Shown here piece after piece: positions 34,231 through 44,000 of a stretch of DNA of 48,402 nucleotides; positions within the stretch are counted from its first letter, which is position 1, and each line of letters begins with the position of its first letter. Under the pieces are notes generated by a model that was not told the origin of the DNA, made no database searches, and was given only the letters and a program-made list of their open reading frames with translations. The stretch is from Candidatus Saccharimonadota bacterium (GTDB taxonomy: Bacteria; Patescibacteriota; Saccharimonadia; Saccharimonadales; JACOTW01): positions 66,472 through 114,873 of the forward strand of contig JACOTW010000003.1 in NCBI GenBank assembly GCA_016178135.1. Reading direction: 5' to 3'. Made by a program: the position numbers and the translations under genes.

Positions 34231-35514
34231 ATGCAGATAAAAATATCTAAAAAATCAGATACAACAATAATGATGTCGATTACAGCGGCTGGTGATGATT
34301 TGGCACCAATTAAAGATAAAGTCGTGGCGCGCTTGGCACCACAAATTAAATTGCAAGGGTTTCGGGATGGAAAAGTGCCAGCCACTCTTGCCGCAAAGAA
34401 CATTGATCAAAATGTTTTGCAGCAAGAATTTCTGGACGATGCGCTTAATGAGCTTTATGCCCAGGCTTTGCGTCAAGAGAAGTTACGGCCGGTTAATCAA
34501 CCCCAAGTATCGCTTAAAAAGTTTGTGCCCTTTACCGAATTAGAAATAGAGCTTGATTTAGAAGTAATTGGCGAAATCCAGCTTCCGGACTACATCAAAA
34601 TCAAAAAAACTAAACCGTCAATATTGGTTACCTCTAAAGACATTGAGGCGGTAATAGATTCGTTGCGGCAACGTATGGCCCAGCGTATTCGAGTTGAGCG
34701 GGCGGCAAAAAACAGCGATGAAGTCATTATAGATTTTAAAGGCATTGATGCTGAATCAAAGATGCCAGTTAACGGAGCTGAAGGTAAGAATTATCCGTTA
34801 ACACTGGGTAGTGATGCTTTTATCCCTGGATTTGAAAAAAAAATCGTTGGACTAAAAGCGTCGGAGGAAAAAATATTTACCCTAACCTTTCCAAAAGACT
34901 ACGGCATCAAGGCTCTGGCCAATAAAAAGGTTAGTTTTAGCTTAACGGTACGAACCGTAAATGAACTTGCTATGCCAAAACTTGATGATGTTTTTGCCTC
35001 TAGTGCTGGTCCTTTTCAGACGCTCGAGGAGCTTAAACAGGACATCAAAAAACAGCTGACAATTGAACGGCAACAAGATGCCGACAGAACTTTTGAAAAT
35101 GAATTAATACAGGAAATTGCCGATAAATCAAAAGTCACAGTTCCCGATACGTTAATAATAGAACAGGTACAGAGAGACGAAGAAGAAGAGAAGCGTAACT
35201 TGGCTTATCGGGGTCAGACATGGCAAGAGCATTTAGCTGAAGAAGGCGTTACCGAAGAGCAACATCGCGAACGCAATCGTCAGCCAGCCGAACAACGAGT
35301 GAAAGCCAGTATTGTATTATCGGAAATTGCTGAACATGAGAAGATTGACGTAACTCCCGAGGAATTAGAAATTCGTTTACAACTTCTCAAGGGTCAATAC
35401 CAAGATCCTAAAATGCGTGCCGAACTAGACAAGCCAGAGGCTGTTAGAGATATTGCGGCTAGACTTCTGACGGAAAAAACTATCGCAAAACTGACAAATT
35501 ACGCCAGCAAATAG
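34231..35514 (+). CDS. tig: Trigger factor
   Basis: N-terminal ribosome-binding region with GFRDGKVP, FKBP-type PPIase domain, C-terminal arm. Confidence 0.9.
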   Translation: MQIKISKKSDTTIMMSITAAGDDLAPIKDKVVARLAPQIKLQGFRDGKVPATLAAKNIDQNVLQQEFLDDALNELYAQALRQEKLRPVNQPQVSLKKFVPFTELEIELDLEVIGEIQLPDYIKIKKTKPSILVTSKDIEAVIDSLRQRMAQRIRVERAAKNSDEVIIDFKGIDAESKMPVNGAEGKNYPLTLGSDAFIPGFEKKIVGLKASEEKIFTLTFPKDYGIKALANKKVSFSLTVRTVNELAMPKLDDVFASSAGPFQTLEELKQDIKKQLTIERQQDADRTFENELIQEIADKSKVTVPDTLIIEQVQRDEEEEKRNLAYRGQTWQEHLAEEGVTEEQHRERNRQPAEQRVKASIVLSEIAEHEKIDVTPEELEIRLQLLKGQYQDPKMRAELDKPEAVRDIAARLLTEKTIAKLTNYASK

Positions 35515-35516
35515 TA

Positions 35517-35543
35517 TTGGCACTCTTGACCTTGGAGTGCTAT
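35517..35543. promoter_or_regulatory. CIRCE-like inverted repeat overlapping the clpP promoter
   Basis: TTGGCACTC-ttgaccttg-GAGTGCTAT. The right arm runs into TATAAT (35541-35546). Confidence 0.6.
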
Positions 35544-35547
35544 AATA

Positions 35548-36147
35548 ATGGCTATGAGTATATTGATTCCAACGGTTATTGAACAAGAAGGCCAAATGGA
35601 GCGGGCTTATGATATTTATTCGCGCCTACTAAAAGACCGCATTATCTTTTTGGGTGATGCCGTCAACGAACATACAGCCAACTTGATCGTGGCTCAATTA
35701 TTGTTTCTAGATAACGAAGATAATAAAAAAGACATATTCCTGTATATAAATAGTCCGGGTGGTAGTGTTTATGACGCTCTGGCTATCTACGACACTATGC
35801 GATATGTAAAGGCTGACATTCAGACAGTAGGTATTGGCGTGCAAGCTAGCGCGGCAGCCTTTTTGTTGAGTAGCGGAACCAAGGGCAAACGATTCATATT
35901 ACCTCACTCAACAGTTATGATCCACCAACCTTCCAGTGGCACTCGCGGTAAGGTTACTGATCAGGAAATTGATCTTCGTGAATCGCTACGCGTCAAGAAA
36001 CTATTAGAGGAAATTATGGCTGAAAATACCGGTCAAAAACTTGAAAAAATTCATACCGATATGGAACGAGATAAATGGTTGACCGCCGAAGAAGCCAAAA
36101 AATATGGGATTGTTGATTCGGTAATAGTTAATCCGCCAAAAAAATAA
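35548..36147 (+). CDS. clpP: ATP-dependent Clp protease proteolytic subunit (probable true start ATG 35554)
   Basis: [26 protein letters not shown]. Catalytic Ser ([11 protein letters not shown]) and His (MIHQP). Confidence 0.93.
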   Translation: MAMSILIPTVIEQEGQMERAYDIYSRLLKDRIIFLGDAVNEHTANLIVAQLLFLDNEDNKKDIFLYINSPGGSVYDALAIYDTMRYVKADIQTVGIGVQASAAAFLLSSGTKGKRFILPHSTVMIHQPSSGTRGKVTDQEIDLRESLRVKKLLEEIMAENTGQKLEKIHTDMERDKWLTAEEAKKYGIVDSVIVNPPKK

Positions 36148-36163
36148 GCTTGTGTCAAGTTAA

Positions 36164-36322
36164 CTGGACCTGTCGCAAAATCCTCCATCTCCAGACCAAT
36201 TCATCTCGGCTGATAGCGGTCTGTCTTCTCTCGATGTAGCTACGGCTACCTCTCCTTCAGATAAACCACTCTCAACTCCAGCTGATTTAGCCTGGGAACG
36301 GGCGATTTTGCGACAGGTCCAG
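36164..36322 (+). mobile_element. Family-B element, complete (159 bp), flanked by TTAA/TTAA
   Basis: TIR CTGGACCTGTCGCAAAATC / GATTTTGCGACAGGTCCAG. TTAA occurs at 36160-36163 and 36323-36326. Confidence 0.85.
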
Positions 36323-36368
36323 TTAAACTGCTTGTGTTTATGCGAGTTGGTTATGCTATCTTGTATTT

Positions 36369-37127
36369 ATGAATACTATTAATGGCATGACATTTCACCG
36401 GAGTGGCGAGGTTGAGGGAATAACTGTTAATCGTATTCCATTACGGGACACTTTGCGCTTTGCGCCAGAAATTTTAAAGATTATGCATAGTGCGTATATG
36501 CGCCAATTTGTTGAGGTTGTACCCACCGAGGATGATGTACTGGACTCACGCGAAATCACTCGTTCCCAGAATGAATTATATCCAGCGAAAACAGGGTCTC
36601 GATTGTCAGCGGGAGCGGTTAATGCTCAATTTGGGCCGGACAACATTGTCAGACAAACACTTAGAATGAATGAGTCTATCAAGGACGGATCAACATATTG
36701 GATAACTCGATCAGGAAGTTATCCGAACAACAGCCACGATTACAACGGTGTTTTAAAAACCAGTCCATCGGCACCAGGGAAAATAAGTCGATTTTTTAAA
36801 TCACCAAATTGTTTTGTTAATGATATGGCTACTACGGAGGAAGACACCGGCATCTGGAGTGCTATGATGTTTACTGGCTTGAGCGATTTTCGGGATGATC
36901 GCAAAGTTGTAACACGAGCTCAAGCAGGCAATGATGTTGAGAATTCCTGGTTGAAGGAAGTTGGTTTTGAAGATAAAGGGAAGGTTGGGTATCTTGAAAT
37001 TGGTGGTGAACAAGTTGGTCAATATAACTACGAAGCTGGTTCAGTAAGTATCGTGAGAGTAGCCTTGCTCCAAATGGAGCCCTGGCTAGCCGACGGCCTT
37101 CCGCACCCTAGATACATCACACCCTGA
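36369..37127 (+). CDS. Hypothetical protein (weak GNAT-like C-terminal motif), contains a family-B-like segment
   Basis: A 252-codon ORF bracketed by two family-B copies. NDVENSWLKEVGFEDKG resembles the GNAT motif-B region. No confident family assignment. Confidence 0.45.
   Translation: MNTINGMTFHRSGEVEGITVNRIPLRDTLRFAPEILKIMHSAYMRQFVEVVPTEDDVLDSREITRSQNELYPAKTGSRLSAGAVNAQFGPDNIVRQTLRMNESIKDGSTYWITRSGSYPNNSHDYNGVLKTSPSAPGKISRFFKSPNCFVNDMATTEEDTGIWSAMMFTGLSDFRDDRKVVTRAQAGNDVENSWLKEVGFEDKGKVGYLEIGGEQVGQYNYEAGSVSIVRVALLQMEPWLADGLPHPRYITP
36540..36594 (+). repeat. Family-B variant-2 half embedded in frame in ORF 36369..37127
   Basis: CTGGACTCACGCGAAATCACTCGTTCCCAGAATGAATTATATCCAGCGAAAACAG is about 80% identical to 24930-24985 with one 1-nt gap. 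Confidence 0.7.
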
Positions 37128-37168
37128 CTGGTTTTATTAAATAGCTCTTGTGGAATATAATATATTTA

Positions 37169-37328
37169 CTGGACCCGTCGCAAAGCTCCCCCATCCCCAG
37201 ACCAATTCATCTCGGCTGGTAGCGGTCTGTCTTCTCTCGATGTAGCTAAGGCTACCTCTCCTTCAGCCAAACCACTCCCAACTCCAGCTGATTTGCCCTG
37301 GGAACGGGCGATTTTGCGACAGGTCCAG
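37169..37328 (+). mobile_element. Family-B element, complete (160 bp), flanked by TTTA/TTTA
   Basis: About 92% identical to 36164-36322. TTTA occurs at 37165-37168 and 37329-37332. Confidence 0.85.
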
Positions 37329-37449
37329 TTTATACTTGACGGCACTAAATAAACTGTATATCCTGTATAGTTAAGAAGTAGTGTACGATCAGTCGTTGTT
37401 TCTATTTTTTTAAAAATAGAATAACAGAAGATGTGACGTAGGGATCTTC

Positions 37450-37472
37450 GTGCGACAACAATACAATATAAT
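37450..37472 (+). promoter_or_regulatory. rpoB promoter candidate (motif-C-like core plus TATAAT)
   Basis: GTGCGACAACAATACAA-TATAAT. GGGAG lies 12 nt before the ATG. Confidence 0.35.
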
Positions 37473-37502
37473 CTTAAAATCAGGCGGGAGTATTGCTAGC
37501 TT

Positions 37503-40500
37503 ATGGCCAAAAGTGTTGGATTAAAGATTTCAAATACAAAAAGAATTTTTTATACAAAAACCGATGATGCACTTGATTTGCCAAATTTGGTTGATCATCA
37601 AAATCGTTCGTTTCAATGGTTTGTCGAAGAGGGTTTAGGCGAGTTGCTCGCCGAAGTTAGTCCAATTGACGATTACACCGGTACGAAATTGTCATTAAGT
37701 TTTAAGGGGTATCGGTTCGAGGCGCCAAAACTTACGGAAAATGAAGCCCGAGAAAACAATGTTTCTTACGACGCCCCTCTAAAAGCTACCGTCGAACTAA
37801 TCAACAAAGTAACAGGAGAAATTAAAGAGCAGGAAATTTACCTGGGTGACTATCCTTGGATGACGGAACGAGGTACATTCGTTATTAATGGTGCCGAGCG
37901 GGTTGTTGTCTCGCAGCTTATTCGTTCAGCTGGCGTGTTTTTTACAGCCGACTCGCATGGTGCAACCAATCTTTATGGTGCGAAGATTATCCCTGGTCGT
38001 GGTGCATGGCTAGAATTTGAGACGGCCGCTTCAGGCGCTATTTTTGTGAAAATTGACCGTAAACGCAAGATTCCAGTTACTACACTCCTACGCGCACTAA
38101 GTATGACTGAAGCTCAAATGAAAGAAGTGTTTAGTCATGTTGATCAGGGTAAATTGAATTATTTGGACGCCACTATGGCCAAAGATCCAGCAAGGGGCTC
38201 TAACGACGCACTTATAGAGGTCTATCGTCGTCTACGGCCTGGCGATTTGGCAACCGTAGATAATGCTCGCAGCTTACTAGAGAACATGTTTTATAATTTC
38301 AAGCGATTTGATTTTAGTCGCGTTGGTCGCTACAAGATCAATAAACGACTCAATATAAATATACCTAATGTTGCCGAAAATCGTATTATGAGGCTTGAGG
38401 ATTTGACGGCAATCATTGCGGAAATTATACGACTCAATAATACCCAAGAGCCAGCCGATGATATTGATTCATTGGCAAGCCGTCGCGTAAAACTTGTTGG
38501 CGAGCTTGTGCAGCGTCAGTTTCGCATTGGTTTATTGCGCATGGAACGCAATACCAAAGACCGTATGTCGATGAGTGAAATAGAAACAGTTACGCCGGCG
38601 CAACTGATCAATGCCCGACCAGTGGTGGCTGCAGTACGCGAATTTTTTGCGAGTTCACAGCTATCGCAGTTCATGGATCAAATTAATCCGTTGTCAGAGT
38701 TGGCACACAAGCGTCGTTTGAGCTCTATGGGGCCAGGTGGTTTGAGTCGCGAACGAGCCGGTTTTGAAGTTCGCGATGCCCACGCTACTCATTATGGACG
38801 TATTTGTGCGGTAGAGACGCCGGAAGGTGCCAATATTGGGCTTGTACTAAATATGGCTTCGTATGCTCGTATTAACGATTATGGTTTTATAGAAACACCC
38901 TATAGAAAAGTGGTAAACGCTATAACGGCCAAAGATGCGGTTGGTGAAACCGCCGCCGTTAATCTGGAAGATGAAGAAGGTAAAGTTATTGTTAAGGCCG
39001 GTACCAAAATTACGACCGAACAAAGCAAAAAGCTAGCTGCCGTCAAGGGCAGGATTACCTGGCCAATAAAAGCAAGAGTTACTGCTGAAGTGGTTTATCT
39101 TGACGCAGCCGAGGAGGAGGTTTCAGTTATCGCTAGTGCAGGCGAAGAAATTGACGAAAATGGTTTTTTTGTCAATGAGCGCGTTAGTGCTAGAAGTTAC
39201 TTGAAATCTGGTGAAGTTGATGCCGATGAAGTTACTCATATGGATGCGTCGCGCAAGCAAATTATTGGTTCAAGTGCCGGACTCATTCCCTTCATAGAAA
39301 AGAACTATGTGTATCGTTCGTTGATGGGAAGTAATCAGCAACGACAAGCCGTTCCGTTAGTTAGTCCGCGGTCTCCTGTTGTGGGTACTGGACTGGAAGC
39401 TATAGCGGCTCGTAATACCGGTCAGCTTATTGTTGCTGAAGCTGATGGCGAAGTAATAAAGGCCGCTGGATCAGAAGTAGTAGTTAGATACAAAGATGGG
39501 TCTATAACCTACCGCCCGCAGCATTTTATTCGTAGCAACGAGGGAACTTCGATTAACCAAAAGGTTGTCGTGAATACCGGGGATAAAGTCAAAGCCGGTG
39601 ATCCTATTATTGAAGGTATGTCTGTAGCTGGTGGCGAATTAGCACTTGGTAAAGATCTGCTGGTGGCATTTATGCCCTGGAAGGGCTATAACTTTGAAGA
39701 TGCGATTGTGATATCTCGCAAACTGGTTGAAGACGATACGCTAACAAGCATACACATCGTAGACTTTATGGTTGAAGTTCGTGAAACGAAACTTGGGCCT
39801 GAAATCGTAACCCGAGATATTCCAAATGTTTCTGAAGATGCTCTGCGTCATCTTGATGAAGATGGTATTGTTCGTATTGGTGCCGAGGTTCATCCTGGCG
39901 ATATTTTGGTTGGTAAAATTACACCCAAGGGCGAACAAGAACTTTCTTCTGAAGAAAGACTACTACGTGCTATCTTTGGAGAAAAAGCTAAAGAAGTGCG
40001 CGATACCTCGCAACGCATGAGTAATGGTAAACATGGTAAGGTGGTCGGCGTAAAAGTGTTTAGTAGGGCTAATGGTCACGAACTAAAGGCCGGCGTAATC
40101 ATGCAAATACAAGTTTTTGTTGCTCAAATGCGTAAGATTGCTGTTGGTGACAAGCTTGGTGGTCGCCACGGTAACAAAGGTGTTATTGCCCGTATTCTGC
40201 CGATAGAAGACATGCCCTTTACTGAAGATGGAACACCTGTAGATATTATTTTAAACCCACTTGGCGTGCCCTCTCGCATGAATGTTGGGCAGCTGTTTGA
40301 GGCTCATTTAGGTATGGCGGCTCACGTATTAGGTATTAAGGTTGCCAGTCCGTCATTTGACGGCGTGCCGATGACCAAGATATGCGAACTATTAAAAGAA
40401 GCTGGTCTGCCAGAGGATGGAAAACAGCAATTATTTGACGGGGGTAGTGGTGAAGCATTCAAAGAACGCACTACGGTTGGTTCTATGTATATAATTAAGC

Positions 40501-41084
40501 TAAATCACATGATTGCTGATAAGATTCACGCGCGCTCAACTGGTCCTTATACTATGGTAACGCAGCAACCACTAGGTGGTAAGGCCCAAAATGGTGGCCA
40601 GCGCTTTGGCGAAATGGAAGTTTGGGCTCTAGAGGCTTACGGTGCCAGCAATACTTTGCAGGAAATGTTAACCATTAAGTCTGATGATGTTTACGGACGT
40701 TCAAAGGCCTACGAGGCGATCATTAAGGGTACTGAAATTGTTGGACCAAAAGTTCCTGAAAGCTTCAATGTGCTCGTGAAAGAGCTACAGGGTCTTGGGC
40801 TAAAAGTTGATCTCATGCACTCGGAGACGATTATTGATGCCGAGGCTATTTTGGCCGAAAACATCAAGGAAGAAGCCAAACACATGTCTAAGGTTCAGAT
40901 ACCGACACCATCACCGTCGGATATTGATGTGACTGATGATGCTACGGTTGACGAATTTGTTGTCATGGAACTGGAAGATGTTATTTCGTCAACGGTAACC
41001 GTAGCGGATGAGCCAGTAGTAGCTGACGACGATGATAGTCTTGTTATGGTAGATAGTGAAGATGATGAAAAAGGAGCCAAATAA
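37503..41084 (+). CDS. rpoB: DNA-directed RNA polymerase subunit beta, with acidic C-terminal tail
   Basis: Conserved beta-subunit blocks throughout (e.g. GRHGNKGVI, NPLGVPSRMN, GGQRFGEMEVWALEAYGA). Confidence 0.97.
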   Translation: MAKSVGLKISNTKRIFYTKTDDALDLPNLVDHQNRSFQWFVEEGLGELLAEVSPIDDYTGTKLSLSFKGYRFEAPKLTENEARENNVSYDAPLKATVELINKVTGEIKEQEIYLGDYPWMTERGTFVINGAERVVVSQLIRSAGVFFTADSHGATNLYGAKIIPGRGAWLEFETAASGAIFVKIDRKRKIPVTTLLRALSMTEAQMKEVFSHVDQGKLNYLDATMAKDPARGSNDALIEVYRRLRPGDLATVDNARSLLENMFYNFKRFDFSRVGRYKINKRLNINIPNVAENRIMRLEDLTAIIAEIIRLNNTQEPADDIDSLASRRVKLVGELVQRQFRIGLLRMERNTKDRMSMSEIETVTPAQLINARPVVAAVREFFASSQLSQFMDQINPLSELAHKRRLSSMGPGGLSRERAGFEVRDAHATHYGRICAVETPEGANIGLVLNMASYARINDYGFIETPYRKVVNAITAKDAVGETAAVNLEDEEGKVIVKAGTKITTEQSKKLAAVKGRITWPIKARVTAEVVYLDAAEEEVSVIASAGEEIDENGFFVNERVSARSYLKSGEVDADEVTHMDASRKQIIGSSAGLIPFIEKNYVYRSLMGSNQQRQAVPLVSPRSPVVGTGLEAIAARNTGQLIVAEADGEVIKAAGSEVVVRYKDGSITYRPQHFIRSNEGTSINQKVVVNTGDKVKAGDPIIEGMSVAGGELALGKDLLVAFMPWKGYNFEDAIVISRKLVEDDTLTSIHIVDFMVEVRETKLGPEIVTRDIPNVSEDALRHLDEDGIVRIGAEVHPGDILVGKITPKGEQELSSEERLLRAIFGEKAKEVRDTSQRMSNGKHGKVVGVKVFSRANGHELKAGVIMQIQVFVAQMRKIAVGDKLGGRHGNKGVIARILPIEDMPFTEDGTPVDIILNPLGVPSRMNVGQLFEAHLGMAAHVLGIKVASPSFDGVPMTKICELLKEAGLPEDGKQQLFDGGSGEAFKERTTVGSMYIIKLNHMIADKIHARSTGPYTMVTQQPLGGKAQNGGQRFGEMEVWALEAYGASNTLQEMLTIKSDDVYGRSKAYEAIIKGTEIVGPKVPESFNVLVKELQGLGLKVDLMHSETIIDAEAILAENIKEEAKHMSKVQIPTPSPSDIDVTDDATVDEFVVMELEDVISSTVTVADEPVVADDDDSLVMVDSEDDEKGAK

Positions 41085-44000
41085 TGAAACATCATTCATA
41101 CGGAACTGATATTACCGATTTTGATGCCGTACGTTTGGCAGTTGCCAGTCCGGAAGACATCTTGGAATGGTCTTACGGTGAAGTTATAAAACCCGAAACC
41201 ATTAATTATCGTACCCAGAAACCTGAACGCGATGGTCTATTCTGTGAACGTATTTTTGGGCCAGTAAAAGACATAAATCCGCATGATGCTAAATACAAGG
41301 GAGTTCGTTCCCGTGAGGCTGCCGTTGACAAGAATGGTGAAATTGTTACGAAATCTATTGTTCGTCGCGAGCGCATGGGTCATATTAATCTGGCGGCTCC
41401 AGTTGCTCATATTTGGTTCCTGCGTGGTACTCCGTCGGCCATTGGCTTACTACTGGGAATGACTGTAAAAAATCTGGAAAGGATTGCTTACTTTGCCAGT
41501 TACGTAATAAAAACCGTCAATATCGATAAACGCGACAAGATGTTAGCCGATAAAGAAGCTGAATTTGCCGCTGCGAAGGAAGCTATCAAGGCTCGCTATG
41601 AAAAAGAAGCCAAGGCGGAAGATGCCAATGTTAAAGCTTTAGCCGAAATGCAGACAAAAGAGCTAGATGAACTATCAAACGAATTTGATCTGGTCAAAAT
41701 ACAGTTAGAGGGACTAGAGAAGTTTCGCCTTATTAATGAGACCGACTACCGTGCTTTGCCGGATGAGTTGCAGGATCTTATTGAGATAGGTATGGGTGGT
41801 GCAGCTTTGAAAGATTTGCTTAACGACATTGATCTTAGTCAGCTCATTGAAGAACTGATAAAAGAGGCCGATGAAACTAAGGGTCAGCGCAAAAAGAAGG
41901 TGATGAAGCGTTTGCGTCTACTGGAGAGTATGCATCGCGCAGGCATTAAGCCAACCAGTATGTGCCTAACGGTGTTACCTGTAATTCCTCCGGATCTTCG
42001 TCCGATGGTACAGCTGACAGGCGGCCGCTTTGCTACCAGCGACTTAAATGATTTATACAGACGGGTTATAAATCGCAATAACCGCTTAAAGAAGTTGATT
42101 GAACTGAACGCACCGGAAGTTATCCGGCGTAACGAACAACGCATGCTTCAAGAAGCTGTAGATGCTTTGGTTGATAACAATAACGCCCGGAGTGGCAGGG
42201 CTGTAGCTGCTACTGGTCAGCGCCGTCGCCTTAAATCTCTATCTGATATGCTAAAAGGCAAACAGGGGCGGTTTCGTCAAAACTTGCTCGGAAAACGTGT
42301 TGACTACTCTGGTAGATCAGTGATCGTTGCTGGGCCGGAGCTAAAGATTTTCCAGTGTGGCTTACCTAAAATGATGGCCCTAGAGCTCTTTAAGCCATTT
42401 GTGATTGGTAATTTGATTACTGGCGAACTAGCTCACAATATTCGTTCTGCCACTCGTATGATTGAAGCTGGTGAAACAGCTGTTTGGGACGCACTGGATG
42501 AGGTTATTAAGAATAAATATGTTCTTCTAAACCGTGCTCCGTCTTTGCACCGCCTTTCAATCCAGGCTTTTCAGCCAATTCTGATTGAAGGTAAAGCTAT
42601 ACAATTACATCCGCTTGTTTGTAAAGGTTTCAATGCTGACTTTGATGGTGACCAGATGGCGGTACATTTGCCATTATCGGATGCCGCACAAGCTGAAGCT
42701 AAAGACATAATGTCCAGTAGTATGAACTTGCTAAAACCAGCCGATGGTTCACTGATCCTTAATATTGAACAAGATATCGTATTAGGTTGTTACTATCTGA
42801 CCTACGATAGGCCAGGTCAAGGTAAAAATCTACATATTTACTCTAGTCTTGAAGAGGCTCTCATGGCTTACGATAACGGGATTATCAAATTACAAAGTCT
42901 TGTTCGTTTACCTTTCCGAGGCGAAACGCACGAAACTTTGCTAGGTCGTGTATTGTTCAATGAAGTTTTTCCAGAAGATTTTCCGTTCCAAGATGAGCCG
43001 ATGACCAAGAAGCGACTATCAGCCGTTCTTGCTCTAGCCTACCAAAAATACGGTCAAGCCAAAACGGCTGAAATTGCTGATGACTTAAAGGATTTGGGCT
43101 TTGAGTATGCAACCAGTTCAGGCTTGTCTATGGGCATGACTGATTTTGCTGAAATCAAGGGCCTGGATAAGATCATGCAGGCTGGTGAAAAGCGTGCTGC
43201 TGATATTAGTGATCAATATGACAAAGGCTTCATTACCGACGAAGAACGTTACCGGCTAACTATCGACACATGGATGAACGCCGATGCTGAAGTACAGAAG
43301 ACTCTTAAAAAACAATTTTTAAATGAAGATAGTGCGATGTCTATTGCCGCTGTTTCTGGTGCTCGCGGTAATGTCGGACAGGTAAAAAATACCGTTGGTC
43401 TTCTAGGTGTCGTGACTGATGCTACGGGTAAGGCTATCGAACTACCCATTCGCTCCGGCTACAAACAAGGTTTGACGCCACTTGAGTACTTCACGGCTAC
43501 TCGTGGAGCACGTAAGGGTATGATTGACACCGCTCTTAAGACGGCTGATTCTGGCTATCTAACGCGTCGTTTAGTTGATGTATCTCAAGATGTGTTTACT
43601 CTTGATGAAAAGGCAAATGACCCTGGATTTTCTATCTTTCGTGATGACGCAAAAGAAATCGGTGTGTCCTATGCTTCTCGTTTGACTGGCCGGTTTGCTG
43701 CCGACAATATTGCTAAATATGTCAAAAAGAATGAACTCATCACTGGCGACATCGCTCAAGCTATTGATGCTGACGCCAGCCTAGACGGCGTTAAGATTAT
43801 GAGTGTCCTTAGTACAACTAGCGTTCGAGGTGTTTCACGTAAATCGTATGGTATTGATCCGGCCACTGGCGAATTGGTCGCCGAGCACCACCCGGTAGGT
43901 GTTATTGCGGCTCAAAGTATTGGCGAGCCTGGTACCCAGTTGACATTGCGTACTTTCCATGGCGGTGGTTCAGCCGCAGCTGATGATATAACCCAAGGAT

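Noticed and set aside
3471-37328. Whether the dispersed A/B repeats could be a CRISPR array or another regularly spaced array.
   Set aside because: The copies are 1-10 kb apart, occur in both orientations, are 78-167 bp long and have TIRs and target duplications. There is no short-repeat/spacer periodicity and no cas genes.
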